A DNA stretch of 64,000 bases from Mobula birostris (lineage: Eukaryota), in the NCBI RefSeq assembly GCF_030028105.1, contig NC_092383.1:77603359-77667358 (forward strand). The letters run 5' to 3'. Made by a program: the position numbers and the translations under genes. Positions 1 through 13,650 of the stretch are shown here, piece by piece. Positions within the stretch are counted from its first letter, which is position 1; each line of letters opens with the position of its first letter. The notes beneath the pieces were generated by a model. The model saw only the letters and a program-made list of their open reading frames with translations. It was not told the origin of the DNA and made no database searches.

Positions 1-390
1 TGTTTCTAGTCTCCAGCCTTCAGCTATTGGACCTTGACTTCCAGACTTCAGGCTTAGACCTTTGGTATCATAGAAATATAAAAGAGCATTTTCCCGCACG
101 GGCTGACATTGGCCCCCATGACAAGTGATAAAGACTTGGTCAAAGAGATAATTTTTAAGGGGGATCTTAAAGGAGGGACAGTAGTAGAAATCAGACATGT
201 TAGGGAAGAAATGCTGTACATTAATTCAATGCCTGCTCTCGGGATTTCCAGTTTCTGAATATCGGGTTGACACCCAGCAGTTTAATTACATCAGACAGGA
301 GGGGAATCAATAGATAAGCAGCCTCTGTCTCATCCAGACGATTATCACAGCAGAGGAGTTTGAGTCAGTCTGGTCTCATAAAGATGAGAT

Positions 391-508
391 ACAGAACAGT
401 AATGTACAATACAGGCCCTGCGGCCCACACTGTTGTGCCGACCCTCTACCCTACTCCAAGATCAATCTAATCTTTCCCTCCCACATAGCCCTTCATTTTT
501 CTTTCATG
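391..508 (-). mobile_element. CR1 LINE 3' end fragment
   Basis: Matches the reverse complement of CR1 3' UTRs elsewhere in the window (caggccc..cggcccaca..gttgtgccgacc; compare 30880-30965 and 59220-59340). Confidence 0.7.
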
Positions 509-570
509 AAAATGAAATGTTACAGAAACCATGAGACTCGAGATATTCTAGACATAAAAGCAGTGCTTAC

Positions 571-613
571 CTTGCCACGGATGAAGAGAACATCTGGGTC
601 CTTTACATAGCAC
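571..613 (-). CDS. Candidate 43-nt internal exon of an unidentified gene (CYVKDPDVLFIRGK)
   Basis: Minus-strand acceptor ttctgatag and donor AAG/gtaagc, open frame, non-repeat DNA; no protein recognised. Confidence 0.25.
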
Positions 614-1119
614 CTATCAGAATCACACAGCAAAACAAAACTCCTTACAGCTATCAGGAACTCCAAGTGGTTCTGATCCCCAGTTCATAGACACTGTCAA
701 CTAGCTGCAATCCTATTGGTGATTGTCCCCCTGGTAATAGCTGTAAGTGTTTTTTAAGATAGTTGATGAGATTGATTCTGGATTGGAAGACTCTGCTGCA
801 ACCGGGCATATTTTTCTATGTGGAGATGGTCATTAGTTTTTCAATTCACGGACTCAAGTCCTATTCCAAAAACCTGGGCATGATACCTAGTTCATTGTTC
901 AGCATGGAATGGATATAGTGCTGTGGACAGCTTCACCTTGTAAAAAACTGTTAAATCCAAGTCTTCTCGAGTGAACATGAAAGATTCTTTTCAAGCAAAA
1001 TAAACCACAAATTCACAAAAAAATTTACAAGAATGAACCATTCAATGGCTTTTCACTCTTTACATTCATAGTTAATGCTTCCCATACTGTTCTGTTGCAC
1101 TCACACATGTCAATAGCAC

Positions 1120-1615
1120 TGCTAGTGCTCATGTGGCGCTCCGGGGTAGTTTACGGCTACAATAATTGACGGGCTTCGTCCCCCATCCTGGCCACTCGCC
1201 TCCAGTAGGAGAAGAACCCTAGACTGTGACCTTCCCCAACAAGCCCTTGAGGTGTCTGTACCAAACTTCAGTGTGTCCCTCAGCACGTACTCCTGCATCT
1301 GGAACGTGCCAGTCAATGAGCTGGCAGACCGACAACTTTTGGGCAGACAAAGTTGCCCCCCCCCCGGGCCGGTTTTCTGCAACTTGGGCATCGTGATCCA
1401 TCTGAGAAGCTCCATCGTGCATCCCCAGATGAACCTGAAGACAGCTCCGGCGATTCCCGTGCTGGAGGAGTGGGAGAAGGGCCCCACCTGCACCAAGTAC
1501 AGCAGCCCTGGGAGCACATCTCACCTGATGACCAGGTTCTTCCCAGTTATTGATAGGGAGCACACTCCCCAAGGACCCAATGACAAGGAAGTATTGGAAT
1601 GTGGAATCTAGCACA
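1120..1615 (-). mobile_element. L1/Tx1-clade LINE ORF2 relic with internal deletion
   Basis: Translates KNLVIR*DVLPGLLYLVQV..AVFRFIWG (post-RT region), then QEYVLRDTLKFG..ACWG (extreme C-terminus typical of Tx1-type ORF2). Confidence 0.7.
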
Positions 1616-2676
1616 CAGGCAGTGAACACAAAAAGCAGAGAAGGATTTAAAGAAAAACTAGAATATTCCTATGAGGAAGAAAAGAAGCAGAATAGGGGAA
1701 GGGAGATGAAGAGCGGGGCAAACACCAGGCTGTGTTTTCTCAGTCATAAGTACTATCTAGTTCTTCAATGCCACTGGAAAATACAATATAGGAAACTGCA
1801 CAACCAACTTGTGTTCCATTGGACTTCTTAAGAATAACAAGATGGATGACTGGTTATACTGTTTAAATGATTTTGACTGAAGGACAAATAACAGCCACAA
1901 TATTGTAGGAAAATTCTTTTGCTCTCCTTTGAACAGTCTCAAGCTATTTTCTGCATGCGCCTGAGAGGGAATGCATTTCTCATGAGAGAGAGCATTCTCA
2001 ATTACCCAATCCCTTAGAATGTGTGTGTGGGGGGGGGGGACAACACCTTAAGTTCTTTGTTTTTGAGGTTGAATGCTCACCCTTTTGATCCAGAGATGAA
2101 AATATTGCCACTGAGTTACCAGGAATACTTGAGGAGAAATTGCTGAGGGCAGATTGACTGCTGCATTTCTTATCTGATTACATTAACTACATCTCTTTTC
2201 TCTCCTTATCAAACATAAGATATTTACAATGTCCTGAAGACATCAAAGTGATGTGAGATAAATGTTCCATGTTTATTGTTATGATGGGTGGGGTGGCAGT
2301 GGGTTGTTAGGGCAATCTCCCGGTGACTTTGTTCAAACTTACGACATGGGTAACAAGGAGGGGGTGGCTAGGAAGGTCACAAAATGTATTTTTAAGTTTG
2401 CTTTGGAAACACTGGGCATAGTTGATGCTCACTCTCGGTAAGATGATACTAAGTTTTCTCCCTGGCAACAGTATCTTGGACAGACATTGTCTCTAGATTC
2501 AGAAAGGCACCACATATGTTATACGAACACAGAAAATAGTTTACATGAGTGGTACAATCCAATCCTTTGAATCAGCTACAGAGCTACATAACTTGGTTTA
2601 CTAGACAATGGAACGAAGCTCCCTACAAGCTTAATTCTTTCTTGATTTGACCCTTTCTTTCTAATGTAGGTGAACA

Positions 2677-3345
2677 TAAAGTTCAAAGTTTATTTATTTT
2701 CAAACTATGTATACGTTATTCAGCCTTGAGGTCTGTCTCCTTACAGGCAGCCACGACACAAAGAAACTCAAAAGAACCCATTCAAAAAAAAACCATCAAA
2801 CACCCAATGTGCAGTAAGAAGAAAACAAATCGTGCAAACAATAAAAATAAGCAAGAAGTATTCAGAACTGAAGTTTTACGAAAGACACAAAGCCAAGCAT
2901 CACTACAGTCAGAGCAGGCCATGCCTTAGTTCAGCAGAGAGCCAAGTAAACATTACTTGTTCACAAACATGAAGCCAGCATCACTGCAGCCGAGGCAGGC
3001 CACAGACTCATTTCAGCACAGAGCAGGACCAAGTAAATGTTGTGGAGCAGCGAGCAGAATTTGCTTGTCCCTTGCCTCTAGTTCTGACACCCTAACCTTT
3101 TCAATCTGACCCGGGGCTTAAATCGTCCAAACATCAATACGCTCTGAGATTTGGACCCCGTCACCATGATTCAGTCCATACCCACCCTTTCCAATGTGGC
3201 CTGCACTTAAATCAATCAAACCTCAGGTCTTTCTTCGCTCTCAGGGACAGACTCAAGCTCTGCTTCGACTCTGCCTCGCACCCACTCACCTTGACTCTGG
3301 CTCGACTCTGCCTTGCCTCTCCATTGTTGGCGGTGATCGTTTACC
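2677..3345 (-). mobile_element. Non-autonomous retroelement with Rex1/Babar-like 3' tail
   Basis: (AAAGTTC)n tail and 3' UTR shared with Rex copies (16250-16365, 44243-44450); non-coding body. Confidence 0.5.
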
Positions 3346-4168
3346 AGAAGACACAGGAGAAGAATTCGGCCATTCAGCCCATCAAGTCTATGCTAATTCT
3401 GTGACTTTTTTTGGACCAGGTACAATGACAAGGAGTAGTGATAACAAGGCGCCATGACGATTATCCCCTAGAAACCATTTGCAACCACCTGGAATCTGGA
3501 CTCACTTGCACCCTTAGCTCCCAGTGGAACATAGGCCATCAATGGCCTCCCGACTCCATCGTCCTCTGAAGTCAATGGTATGGTTGGAGTTCATCAATGT
3601 TTCTGTAATCCATTGTATCCACCGTACACGGGATTGGTCTATACTGTTTCACTAGAACCCTGTTGGCTGGCCTTACCCACATCCACCTCTCACAGGGACA
3701 TAGGGTTGGACTTTGCAGGGTAAGAATCTGGAATCAGTTTCCGTAAATGCAGTTATAAACCTGAAGGATTGGAGACAGTTAATCCTAGGATGAGGGGGAG
3801 AATTAACAATGGAGCAATAAAGACTCCATCCATACTATTGATATTTCAAACAGGGAAATCTGATTGGGTTTCAAATCTACAATGGGAAATGAATCAGTTC
3901 ATCTTTATTTACATGGATCGATGGTATCAATATTTTTCCAGATCAGTAATGGACTTGATTACATGCATCAATATTTCTGACAGCTAACTTTAATATTTGT
4001 CATCCAATGTCAGACAACAGAAATTCTGAAAGTCCCTGATAGTCACCATCTACATGAATCTGAATCTCCTCTTGTTATCATAAGCAGGTATTGTTATTTG
4101 GATTTAATGAGATGTTTACGCGTAAACATATGCATCTGACCCCATAGGCTACATGTGTAACTGCTATT

Positions 4169-4300
4169 CCTGATGAATGGCCTCAGCCTGAAACGTTGAC
4201 CGTTTATTCCTTTCCGCAGATGTTGCCTGACCTGCCGAGTTCTTCCAGCACTTCTTGTTTGTTGCTTTGGATCTTCTACATCTGCACAATCTCTTGTGTT
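4169..4300 (+). mobile_element. Penelope-like element terminal repeat fragment with hammerhead core
   Basis: CTGATGA-A-TGGCCTCAGCCT-GAAACGTT followed by the tail that also ends the GIY-YIG copy at 56245-57395. Confidence 0.7.
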
Positions 4301-5030
4301 CATAGCTGACCATCTTACAACTTGAATTACCACCCAGTGCTTAATCCCCTTGGTATTCAGAACTGAAGAATGTGTCTGTGCGGCACTGTTAATGGAATAG
4401 CAATGTCAGGGACTTTTGCTTATTCTATAGTCTGCGAGGTTAAGAGTTCAAGTCTCACTCCTGAGAATTAAACACAATATCTAGACTGGCTTTCCAATAT
4501 TAATACTGAGTCTGGGAGTCTGGGAATTATAATATGCCGCAAAACATATCATTGGTTGAATGCCCAAGCTGGTGTGGTCTTTCATTGATTTTATTATGGT
4601 TATTATTCTATTATAGATTTGTTGAGTATGCCTGCAAGAAAATGAATCTCAGGGTTGTATATGGTGACATATATGTGCTTTGATAATAAATTTACCTTGA
4701 AACATTGCATTCCTGTCAGGTGATGGCACATACATCAGTTTGTTCGTGCTATTACAATCTTCAAAGAGTTTAAGCTTTGCCCAAAGTAGTGCCCAGCAAC
4801 TCTAGCACTCAGGGAGAATGACTGGGCTGTTGAGCCTGGTAGAAGTGGGTGGGATTCAACCAACTTGGTAGCGAATTGAGCATTCTGACACCCAAAAGGA
4901 GCATGAGAGGCTTGGCAGGGTTGGATATATACATGTACTGCGTTGTACACTTGATCCTGGAGAACATTGTTTCCTTTGGTGGTATACATGTGTATGTTTG
5001 AAATGCCAATAAATTGAACTTAGACAATAA

Positions 5031-6117
5031 GACCATAAGATATAGGAGCAGAATTGGGCCATTTGGGCCAGTTGAGTCTGCTCCATCATTTCATCATGGC
5101 TGATCCAATTTTCCTCTCAGCCCCAGCCTCTTACCTTATCCCCGTATCCCTTCATGCAAGTCAAGTCACTTTTTATTGCCATTTCGACCATAACTGCTGG
5201 TACAGTACACAGTAAAAATGAGACAATGTTTTTCAGGACCATGGTGCTACATGAACAATACAAAAACTACACTGAACTACATAAAACAACACAAAAACTA
5301 CACTAGACTACAGACCTACCCAGGACTGCATAAAGTGCACAAAACAGTGCAGGCATTACAATAAATAATAAAGAAGACAATAGGCACAGTAAAGGGCAGT
5401 AGGTTGGTGTCAGTCCAGGCTCTGGGTATTGAGGAGTCTGGTGGCTTGGGGGAAGAAACTGTTACATAGTCTGGTCGTGAGACCCCAAACGCTTTGGTGC
5501 CTTTTGCCAGATAGCAGGAGGGAGAAGAGTTTGCATGAAGGGTGCGTGGAGTCCTTCATAATGCTGTTTGCTTTGCGGATGCAGCGTGTGGTGTAAATGT
5601 CTGTAATGGAGGGAAGAGAGACCCCGATGAACTTCTCAGCTGACCTCACTATCCGCTGCAGGGTCTTGCAATCTGAGATGGTGTAATTTCCAAACCAGGC
5701 AGTGATGCAGCTGCTCAGGATGCTCTCAATACAACCTCTGTAAAATGTGGTGAGGATGGGTAGGGGGCTGGGGGGTGGACTTTTCTCAGCTTTCGCTGAA
5801 ATTAGAGACACTGCTAGGCTTTCCAATGTCCTGCCCAATCAAGAATCTATCAACCTCTGCCTTAAACATACGTAAATACTTGGCCTCCATAGCTGCCTCT
5901 GACAAAGAATTCAACAGATTCATCACTCTCTGGCTAAGGAAATTCCTCTTCATCTCCATTCTAAAAGGACACCTCTCCATTTTGAGGCTGTGTCCTCCGT
6001 GCTTAGATTCTCCCACCATAGCAAACATCCTCTCTGCATCCACCCTATCAAGGCCTTTCACCATTTGATGGGTTTCAATTAGGTCACCCCTCGTTCCTCT
6101 GAATTCCAGTGAATACT
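5031..6117 (-). mobile_element. CR1 LINE 3' fragment (5031-5157 and 5826-6117) split by a Rex1 insertion
   Basis: ORF 5786-6064 gives KGLDRVDAERMF..RNFLSQRVMNLLNSL (CR1 ORF2 C-terminus); CR1 3' UTR resumes across the insertion. Confidence 0.85.
5158..5825 (-). mobile_element. Rex1/Babar LINE, 5'-truncated, relatively young
   Basis: Uninterrupted frame ILTTFYRGCIESILSSCITAWFGN..NSFFPQATRLLN (DUF1891-type ORF2 C-terminus), 3' UTR and short (TGACT)n tail. Confidence 0.85.
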
Positions 6118-8187
6118 TTTACTTGAATTTATAGAGTTGAAGCAGGAAACAGAAAATATTCCAAAATACTCATCAAGAGCCATTCTTTGACCTAGCCTCC
6201 TTGTCATCATTCCCTCTCATTATCAAGGCTTCATGTTATCATGGGTTCATGCCCCATGATCCAAAACCTGACTTTTATGGCTTGCAGAGTTGATAAACCT
6301 GATTTATTGGTTGCACCTTTATCTAATACACTTCCTACGTGGCTGTCAAGGCAGCAGAAGAATAAAGTCCTGCTGACTCAGTTGAAATGTTGGAAACAAT
6401 TGAGCTCTCCATTTAATACCCCGAGCATGTGTGTCAAAGTGTTAATCAGTTGTGAGAGAAATCTCCCATCTCAAGGATACACTTCTGACAGTCACATTCT
6501 TCAAAATAACTTCCCAAAATCTGGTTATATATAACAAGGTTCTGTTAGGTTATCAACCTTGATCTTAGCAGGTTTAATCTTTGCCATGAAGTTCAATTTC
6601 TCGGGAAGGAACGTGCAAGGCCTTTCCTCTTTTTGATAGGCTGCTGTTTTAATTAGCCTCTACCTTTGAATTGTTTTTTTAACCCTTTGTAGAACCCTCA
6701 GTGAAGATCCTGCAGCTAAAGCAGCATTCCGTATAGGATTAATGACAAGTTTTTCCCCTACAGGCTTCAAGAAGCACAGGGAGAATTTAAAAAAATTCTC
6801 TTATTCCATACTTGTCCAAAAGAGAGGCCGATTATCCACTGACCAGATTTTATAGGCAGCTTAATTCTCTGACAGGCTGAATTGCCTTTCAGAATGGCTC
6901 TTAAGTATCTAGCTATTTCTTTTGTGTGAAGTCTGGTGTGATTTACTTTTGCCTCGTGATCTGTTAAGGCAACAATCTGCCTGCACTACAAGATAAACGG
7001 CTACTTGTCTGGTGTGACAGTAGCTCGTCCTACTAATTTTACATGATCTACCACACTAATGGTCCTTTTGTGCAGGGGGAGATACAGAAGAAAAAAAAGG
7101 TGATTGAGTATAGCTGCACCTTTGCTGCAAAAAAATCCTCTCCCCACCCATAGGGGACAGGCATTTATCACAGGCAAGCTGGGGCAGTATGGGTGAGACA
7201 GAGAGGAATAAATATTGTTTGGGAATCTGGAGCAAGTAACCTTCATATAGTCCACAGGACATCTTCCAGCAAGCTAATGTTCATGGTGTGCATGTCTGCA
7301 GATTGCATGATCAATCTTTTGGTTCTTACTTAGGCACCATGACTGGAGTTCTGATCTAATCTGTATTCACATGGGAAATTAACAAAATGTCAGTGTGCAA
7401 TAACTTTTTTTGTGATAAAAAAAATTCTCAAAACAAAGGTTCCCCAACCAGGTTCATCTATTTCAATCCGAGGCCTGGACAGAAACGGATGAAACAAAAT
7501 ACGGAGCATTGATGAGATTGTATCTATTTGATGCTATATTTTTGTTTTGTTCCTATCTTTCCCTTCATGGAAGAGATGTTCTGGATTTTTACGTTACTTA
7601 CTTAAGCAAATCTGAGCTGCTCACATTCTCGGGGGTATTTTCATTGGCTTACAGTTAAGTTTCTGACAGGGAGCGAAGGGGAACGGGCAGAAAAATCTGC
7701 CTCTAAGTTCAGTGCTGGCCTAGGAAATAGAATCAGCAACATTTATAACCACAGTCCATTCGGCACTGTGAGAGTGATGCAACATTAAATCTGCCCTGCG
7801 ATCTCCAAAGAGCCTTGAATCATCCTCTATTCAAATATTTATCTGATTTCCCTTAAAAGGTGCAATGTTCCCTGCCCCAATTATTCCCAGAATTAAAGCA
7901 TTCCATTTCCTTACCTTCTTCCATGAGTAATGCAACCTTACAAGGCAGGTCTTGTTTCATACACAGCAAGTTTATTGAGCAAGCCAATGTGTAACAGTAG
8001 AATTATAGATGTATATATGTTACAGTAGATATCATACTGATCAGTTCCTGCCAATAAAAGCAATAAGTACCCAGAATCTATATAAATCGGAGGCATACCG
8101 CCAAAAGGAAGCCACTTTGCATGGATCGAACTCTATATGAAAGATATCCATAGGACATCTACTTTTCTAGTTTACCTTTCTCTTTTA

Positions 8188-9063
8188 GACCATAAACATA
8201 GGAGCAGAATTAGGACATTTTGTCCACCCAGTCTGCTCGATCTTGGCTGAATTATTACCCTGTACTTCTCAACCCCATTCTCCTGCCTTCTCCCCTGATT
8301 AATCAACCTCCAGTTTAAATACACCAAATGACTTGGCCTCCATGACCACCTGTGGCAATGAGTTCCACAGATTCACTACCTCTGCCTAAAGAAGTTCCTC
8401 CTTATATCTGTACTAAAAGGACATCCTTGTCTTCTGAGGCTGTGCCCTTTGGTCCTCGATTCTCCCTATAGGATACATCCTCTCCACATCCATTCTGTCT
8501 AGGTCTTTCAATATTCAACAGGATTGAGTGAGATCTTCCCTCATTAGGACCATAAGATATAGGAGCAGAATCAGGCCATTTGGCCCATTGAGCCTGCTCC
8601 ACCATTTCATTATCCACTTCTCTCTCAGCCCTAATCTCCTGCCTTCTTCCTGTATCCCTTTATGCCCTATTAACTTCTGCCTTAAATACACCAAATGACT
8701 TGGCCTCCACGACCACCTGTGGCAATGAATTCCACAGATTCACCACTGTCTGGCTAAAGAAGTTACCCTCCATCATTATAAATGGACGTCCCTCTACTCT
8801 GAGGCTGTGTCCTCTGGTCTTAGACTCCCCCACCATAGGAAACATCCTCTCCACATTCACTCTATCGAGGCCTTTCAACATTCACTAGGTTTCAAAGAGA
8901 TCCCCCCTCATTCTTCTGAATTCTAGTCAGTACAGGCCCAGAGTCATCAAACGCTCCTCATAAAATAAGCCTTTCAATCCTCCTTTGAACCGTCTTCAAT
9001 GTCAGCACATCCTTCCTTAGACAAGGAGACCAAAACTGCTCACAATACTCCAAGTGAGGCCTC
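8188..9063 (-). mobile_element. Two tandem CR1 3' fragments (8188-8545, 8549-9063)
   Basis: Both begin with the GACCATAA tail; ORF 8660-8881 gives LKGLDRVNVERMFPMVGESKTRGHSL. Confidence 0.85.
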
Positions 9064-11989
9064 AACAGTAACTTCCTCTGGAGCCTCTGTTCTTTGCTTG
9101 TGCATTACTACTTTCGAATTTTTATCCATCCAGCTTTCTGATTATTTGATACATTTCCAGCACCTTCTCAGGCAATACACTTCAGATGTTAAACTTGGTA
9201 TTTTGTAAAGTACTATATATATTAGTTATCCTTATACAGATAGTTTGGATTCAGTTAATCTCTTTTCTGCTTTTACTGTAGCCAAGAATAAGGGCAGGGT
9301 TGAAGTTTCTCTTCATCAGTGATATTCTGGGCATGGATGACATTATGTAATAAAAGATTTTGTCAGCCTGGAGGGGCTTTAAGTGATCAAGGAATAATGA
9401 CCGGATATCCATTTCGGACCAGGCCCTAATGAAAGATCTCGGTCCAGAAGGTCGACTCTTTATTCCCTTCCATAGATGCTGCCTGACTTGCTGAGTTCAT
9501 TCAGCATTTTGTGTGTGTTGCTCATGACTTTGTGAGTGCAGCTTCAGCCTGAGTGAAGGTCGTGGAAGCACTACAGCATGGTTGAGCTTGGCTGGGGCCT
9601 GGCCTCGCCTATTGGCCCTGCCCTCTTGTGTTTGAGCAGAGGAATGACAGACTAGAATCCAAGAAAGGATGTGCTGACATTGGAGAGTGTCTGTGCACTG
9701 TTGGGACACGGTATCATCAATTGCTAGACATTGTTGCTCAGGATCTCGGATTTTTTTAATGTGTTTTTTTTTCTCTCAAGTGAATATACTTCTTTGCTTG
9801 CTATTTTGAATTATGTTACTCACTATTTTTGAATAGTTGCTTGCTATTCTGAATGTTTTGAAATTCGGCCTCAGAGAACGCTGTCTCATCGGCTGTATCT
9901 ATGTGTGGTTTGAATGATAATTAAACTTGAATTGATTTGGTTTGATTTCCAGCATCTGCAGAAACTCTAGGGTTTATGACCGGATATCTTTTAGGTTTGA
10001 AGATATCCTATGTCACAAGGTGATGATGATCAGCAGGAAATCCATCCATAATCTGCAACAATTTGCTGGAGGAACTCAGCATGCCAAGCAGCATTTGTGG
10101 GGCTATGGGTGGGTGGGTGGAAGAAATCGTCAATGTTTTGGACAGAGCCCACAATCCTCAATCTAGTATCCCAGTCCTCAAAGCATCTCCCTTCTCCTGC
10201 TCTCTGTCTGCAACAAGTGATTGCAGGTCCCTCACTACTAGAACAAGAGAGTACAAATGGATATCTATGAGATCGTTGACTCTGGAGCTTCAGAAAAATG
10301 AGCTCAACTAATTAAATGGAGACAAAAGAGTGAAATGTCATCCCAACCAATTTAACCCTGGTGACAACAGATTCATCTTCCAACACTCCTGAATCAACCC
10401 CTCCATTGCTCCTGGCCTACCTTCTAAAACCCACTTTCACATTCAACCCATAGACTACTATACTTCCTATCATGAGGATGCAGGATCCGGAGGAAAGGCC
10501 ATGTGGGTACATACACATGCAGAATCTATTTTATGGTGTTCAAGACCTTGGCCTTAAAACAGAATTTGCAACCAGGAGGATTTGCCTAAAGCCTCCTGTT
10601 CAACTTCTTCACATGTTCTCTACCATCCCACCACCTCAGCAACTCCCTGACTCTCACCCCCACCGCTATAACGCACCTTTTCTGGACCAGTAGACCCTAT
10701 GCTCAAAGTGGGCAGTGTACGCCTTAGATGTGATGCCACTCACGTACTCTCCATTGTCCGTCGAATGCTGCAGCAATTTTGCAAATAATAAACAATACAT
10801 AAAAACCTTCAAAATTGAAGAAATAAATACTTGCAAATGAAGAAATGCTGTGAAAAGAGCAGAAAGTTGGGATGACTTAGCTTGTCAGACATTGAGGTGA
10901 ATGCTTTCTTTTGCACCGTGCAATTCTACAGATCTAGGCGGGATACAAAACAGGAAAGATGAAGGTGAACAGGAGCAGAGAAAGAAACACACAGTACGTA
11001 TGACTGAGTAAAGACAATAGCAGTAAAGCCTCACAATGGCTGACTCGGACCTCTAAACAAGGGTCCTGCAGATGCTGGAAGTTCAGAGCGACACACGCAA
11101 AACGCTGGAGGACCTCAGCAGGTCAAGCAGCTTCTGTGGAAAGTTAACGTTTCAGGCCAAACTGTGTCAGCAGTGCCTGAGACCTCTCTTGTGATTGGAA
11201 ATGATTCAGCATGGATACAAACAGAAACAATTAAGTCCACCACGCAGAGGAAAATCAAATGGGAATCAGATTAGAGGACAGCTTCCCAAATTTAAAATGA
11301 ATTAATGGAAAACTCAAGCTCTGTATTCCTTCATTCATTGCCCTCTGGAAAAGTGGGGAACTCTTTTCTGCACCAGGGGACCCTCCCCATCGCTGGGCTC
11401 TGTCTGCTAGTGCTTCAATTCCATCTGGTACTGAGACAGTTAATGGCCCAGTCCTCTAACCAGAGAGCACTTTGGAGTCAGAGCGTTCAACAGTTCTAAT
11501 CATATTCTGCTCAGGTTCTTTGCAAGAGTTCAAAGTAGTCCTTAAATGAATTTGTAATGAGTTGGAGCATTAATCAGGTTTTAATATAATGTGCCTCTGA
11601 AATCCCACAAGGGAAAAACTCCGTCACTCACTTCAAAGTGAGTTCTTTATTCAAGGCACAACATCAGCTTTGCGATCACTGTAACCTATCTGCACTCTGA
11701 AGCCATTTACTGTGTTTTCTGTATAGACATATATTTTTATGTATAAAAAACATCTCCACAAGGATCTATATGAACAACGTCTCATATATGCAGCAGTGGA
11801 AAGTGTTGCTCTTTTAATAGACTGGCTGGATAATGAAGAATTTTCTGCTTGATAAATTTTCTGATTGCTTGGTTTGCAAGAAATAATTACAGGAATCTTG
11901 TGACTGGAACGGAAGAGAGTGTAGTTAGCTGCCGATTGGATTGTTGACCATAGACCTGCCAAAAAATGGTCCCGGACCAATTTAACCGT

Positions 11990-12500
11990 GGCCATAAAAG
12001 AGTCATATATCCAGCTTGCCAATGACATAAAGATTGGTGGTATAATAAGCAGTATAGACAGGCGCATAAAATTACATAGAGACATTGATAAATTAAGTGC
12101 ATGAGCAAAACTGTGGCAGATGGATTTCAATGCAGATAAATGTGAGGTCATTTAATTTGGATCAAGAAAGGATAGATGTGCGTAATGTTTAAAAGGTAAA
12201 GAATCAGGAATAGTGAAGGCAAGAGATTTGGGGCACTAATCTACATAGAGCAGAATTATGTACTAATCAGAGCAAAAAAGCAGTGAAGTAAGTTAATGAA
12301 ATATTGGTGCTAACAGCTGCGAGCCAAGAACAAAAGGGAGAGCAAATATGCTTCAGCTACACAAAGTCAGATAGATCATATCTGGAGCATAGAGTATATT
12401 TCTGGGAACTGTACCCCTCTAATAATTGGCCTTGCAAAAATGTATTGCAGACTCACCAGGAAGTTTCTGGCATCCAAAGTTTAAATTAGGAAAGTCTGCA
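11990..12500 (+). mobile_element. Old CR1 ORF2 RT relic
   Basis: ctgtggcagatggatttcaatgcagataaatgtgaggtc = WQMDFNADKCEV, a CR1 motif; many stops. Confidence 0.7.
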
Positions 12501-12619
12501 TTAAGTAGGCTGTCCTAGTTCTTCGCAAACACGAGAAAATCTGCAGATGCTGGAAATCCAAAGCAGCCCAGTTCTTCCAACTAGAGAAGTAACAACCTAT
12601 TTGCAGCTAGCAGTTATGG

Positions 12620-12960
12620 CGGACCATGGAGTGTCTGCACATACCACACTAAAATAAAGGTACATGGGGAGACACTGGAAGATGCGGCCTGCTTCCTATA
12701 TCCCAGGAGCACTTCTCAGCAAGGGAAAATGTTGATGATAAAATTCACCATTGCCTTCAATCGGTCAGCATAACCTATGGCAAATTATGGAAAATGGTAT
12801 TTGTAGAGCAGCCCTTCAGACCTGACACTAAATTCTGACATACTGGGCAGTTCCCTGTATGCTTCTTGGCAGCCATCTCAAGACACAGGAAAAATACTTT
12901 CAAGGCTGCATCTGCAAAATTGTCCAAACTCTCTAGAAATACAGGTAAACCAAAGCCTGT
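12620..12960 (+). mobile_element. RTE-clade LINE ORF relic
   Basis: Translates IKVHGETLEDAACFLYPRS / VDDKIHHCLQSVSITYGKLWKMVF..PDTK, the post-RT motif of RTE elements. Confidence 0.6.
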
Positions 12961-13184
12961 GCACTCTTCTTTTTCTCTCCTGACGATGCTAGCAGATTGT
13001 TAGGAAATATGGTCACAATTAGATTTCTGAAACTAGATCATAGGACTGAAACCCAAAACATTGCAGATGCTGAAAATCTGAAATAAAAACAGAACTATTC
13101 AGCTAGTTCAGGCAACATTCTGTGGAGAGCTTTGTGGTATTGACCTTTCCTCAGCACATATGAAGGGTGTTCTGATGAAGATAA

Positions 13185-13650
13185 AAGAGAGATTGTAGAT
13201 GCTGGAAACACGGAGCAAAAATGGCTGGAAGAACTAAACGGATCAGGCACCAACAATGGACAGTCGACAATTTGAGCCAATATCCTTCATCAGGGCTGGA
13301 GAGAAAGAAGGTAGAGGCCCAAATAAATGGATGAGTGGAGGGGACGGAGAACAGTGGCATAATGGTAAGCACAGCGCTTTTCAGCACCAGTGCTGCCTGC
13401 AAGGAGTTTGTACATTCACCTGTTCAACGTTGTATACAATAAATAAATGAGCTGGAGGGGGATAGGTGAGTCTAGGGAGGGAGGGGCGGGAAGCAGGAGA
13501 GTTGAGGAAGGGTTGAAAAGGTAATGATGTGAGAAGCTGGGAGCTGATGTGTGGAAGAGGCAAACAATTGAAAAAGAGGGAATCTAATGGGTGACTCCAA
13601 CTGTCCATTTCCCTCCATAGATGCTGCCTGACCTGTTCCTCCAGCATCTT
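13185..13650 (-). mobile_element. Penelope-like terminal repeat with an inverted partial copy and a short internal V-SINE derivative
   Basis: Minus-strand CTGATGAAGG core at about 13262-13295; opposite-orientation tail at 13600-13650; tRNA-like head and AAAT tail at 13345-13447. Confidence 0.55.

Noticed and set aside
5410-5838. ALKBH8-like host gene (DUF1891 similarity)
   Set aside because: It is the Rex1 ORF2 C-terminus with a LINE tail, nested in a CR1
11651-12151. 166-aa minus-strand ORF
   Set aside because: The first third is antisense CR1; the rest has no recognisable motif or good donor site
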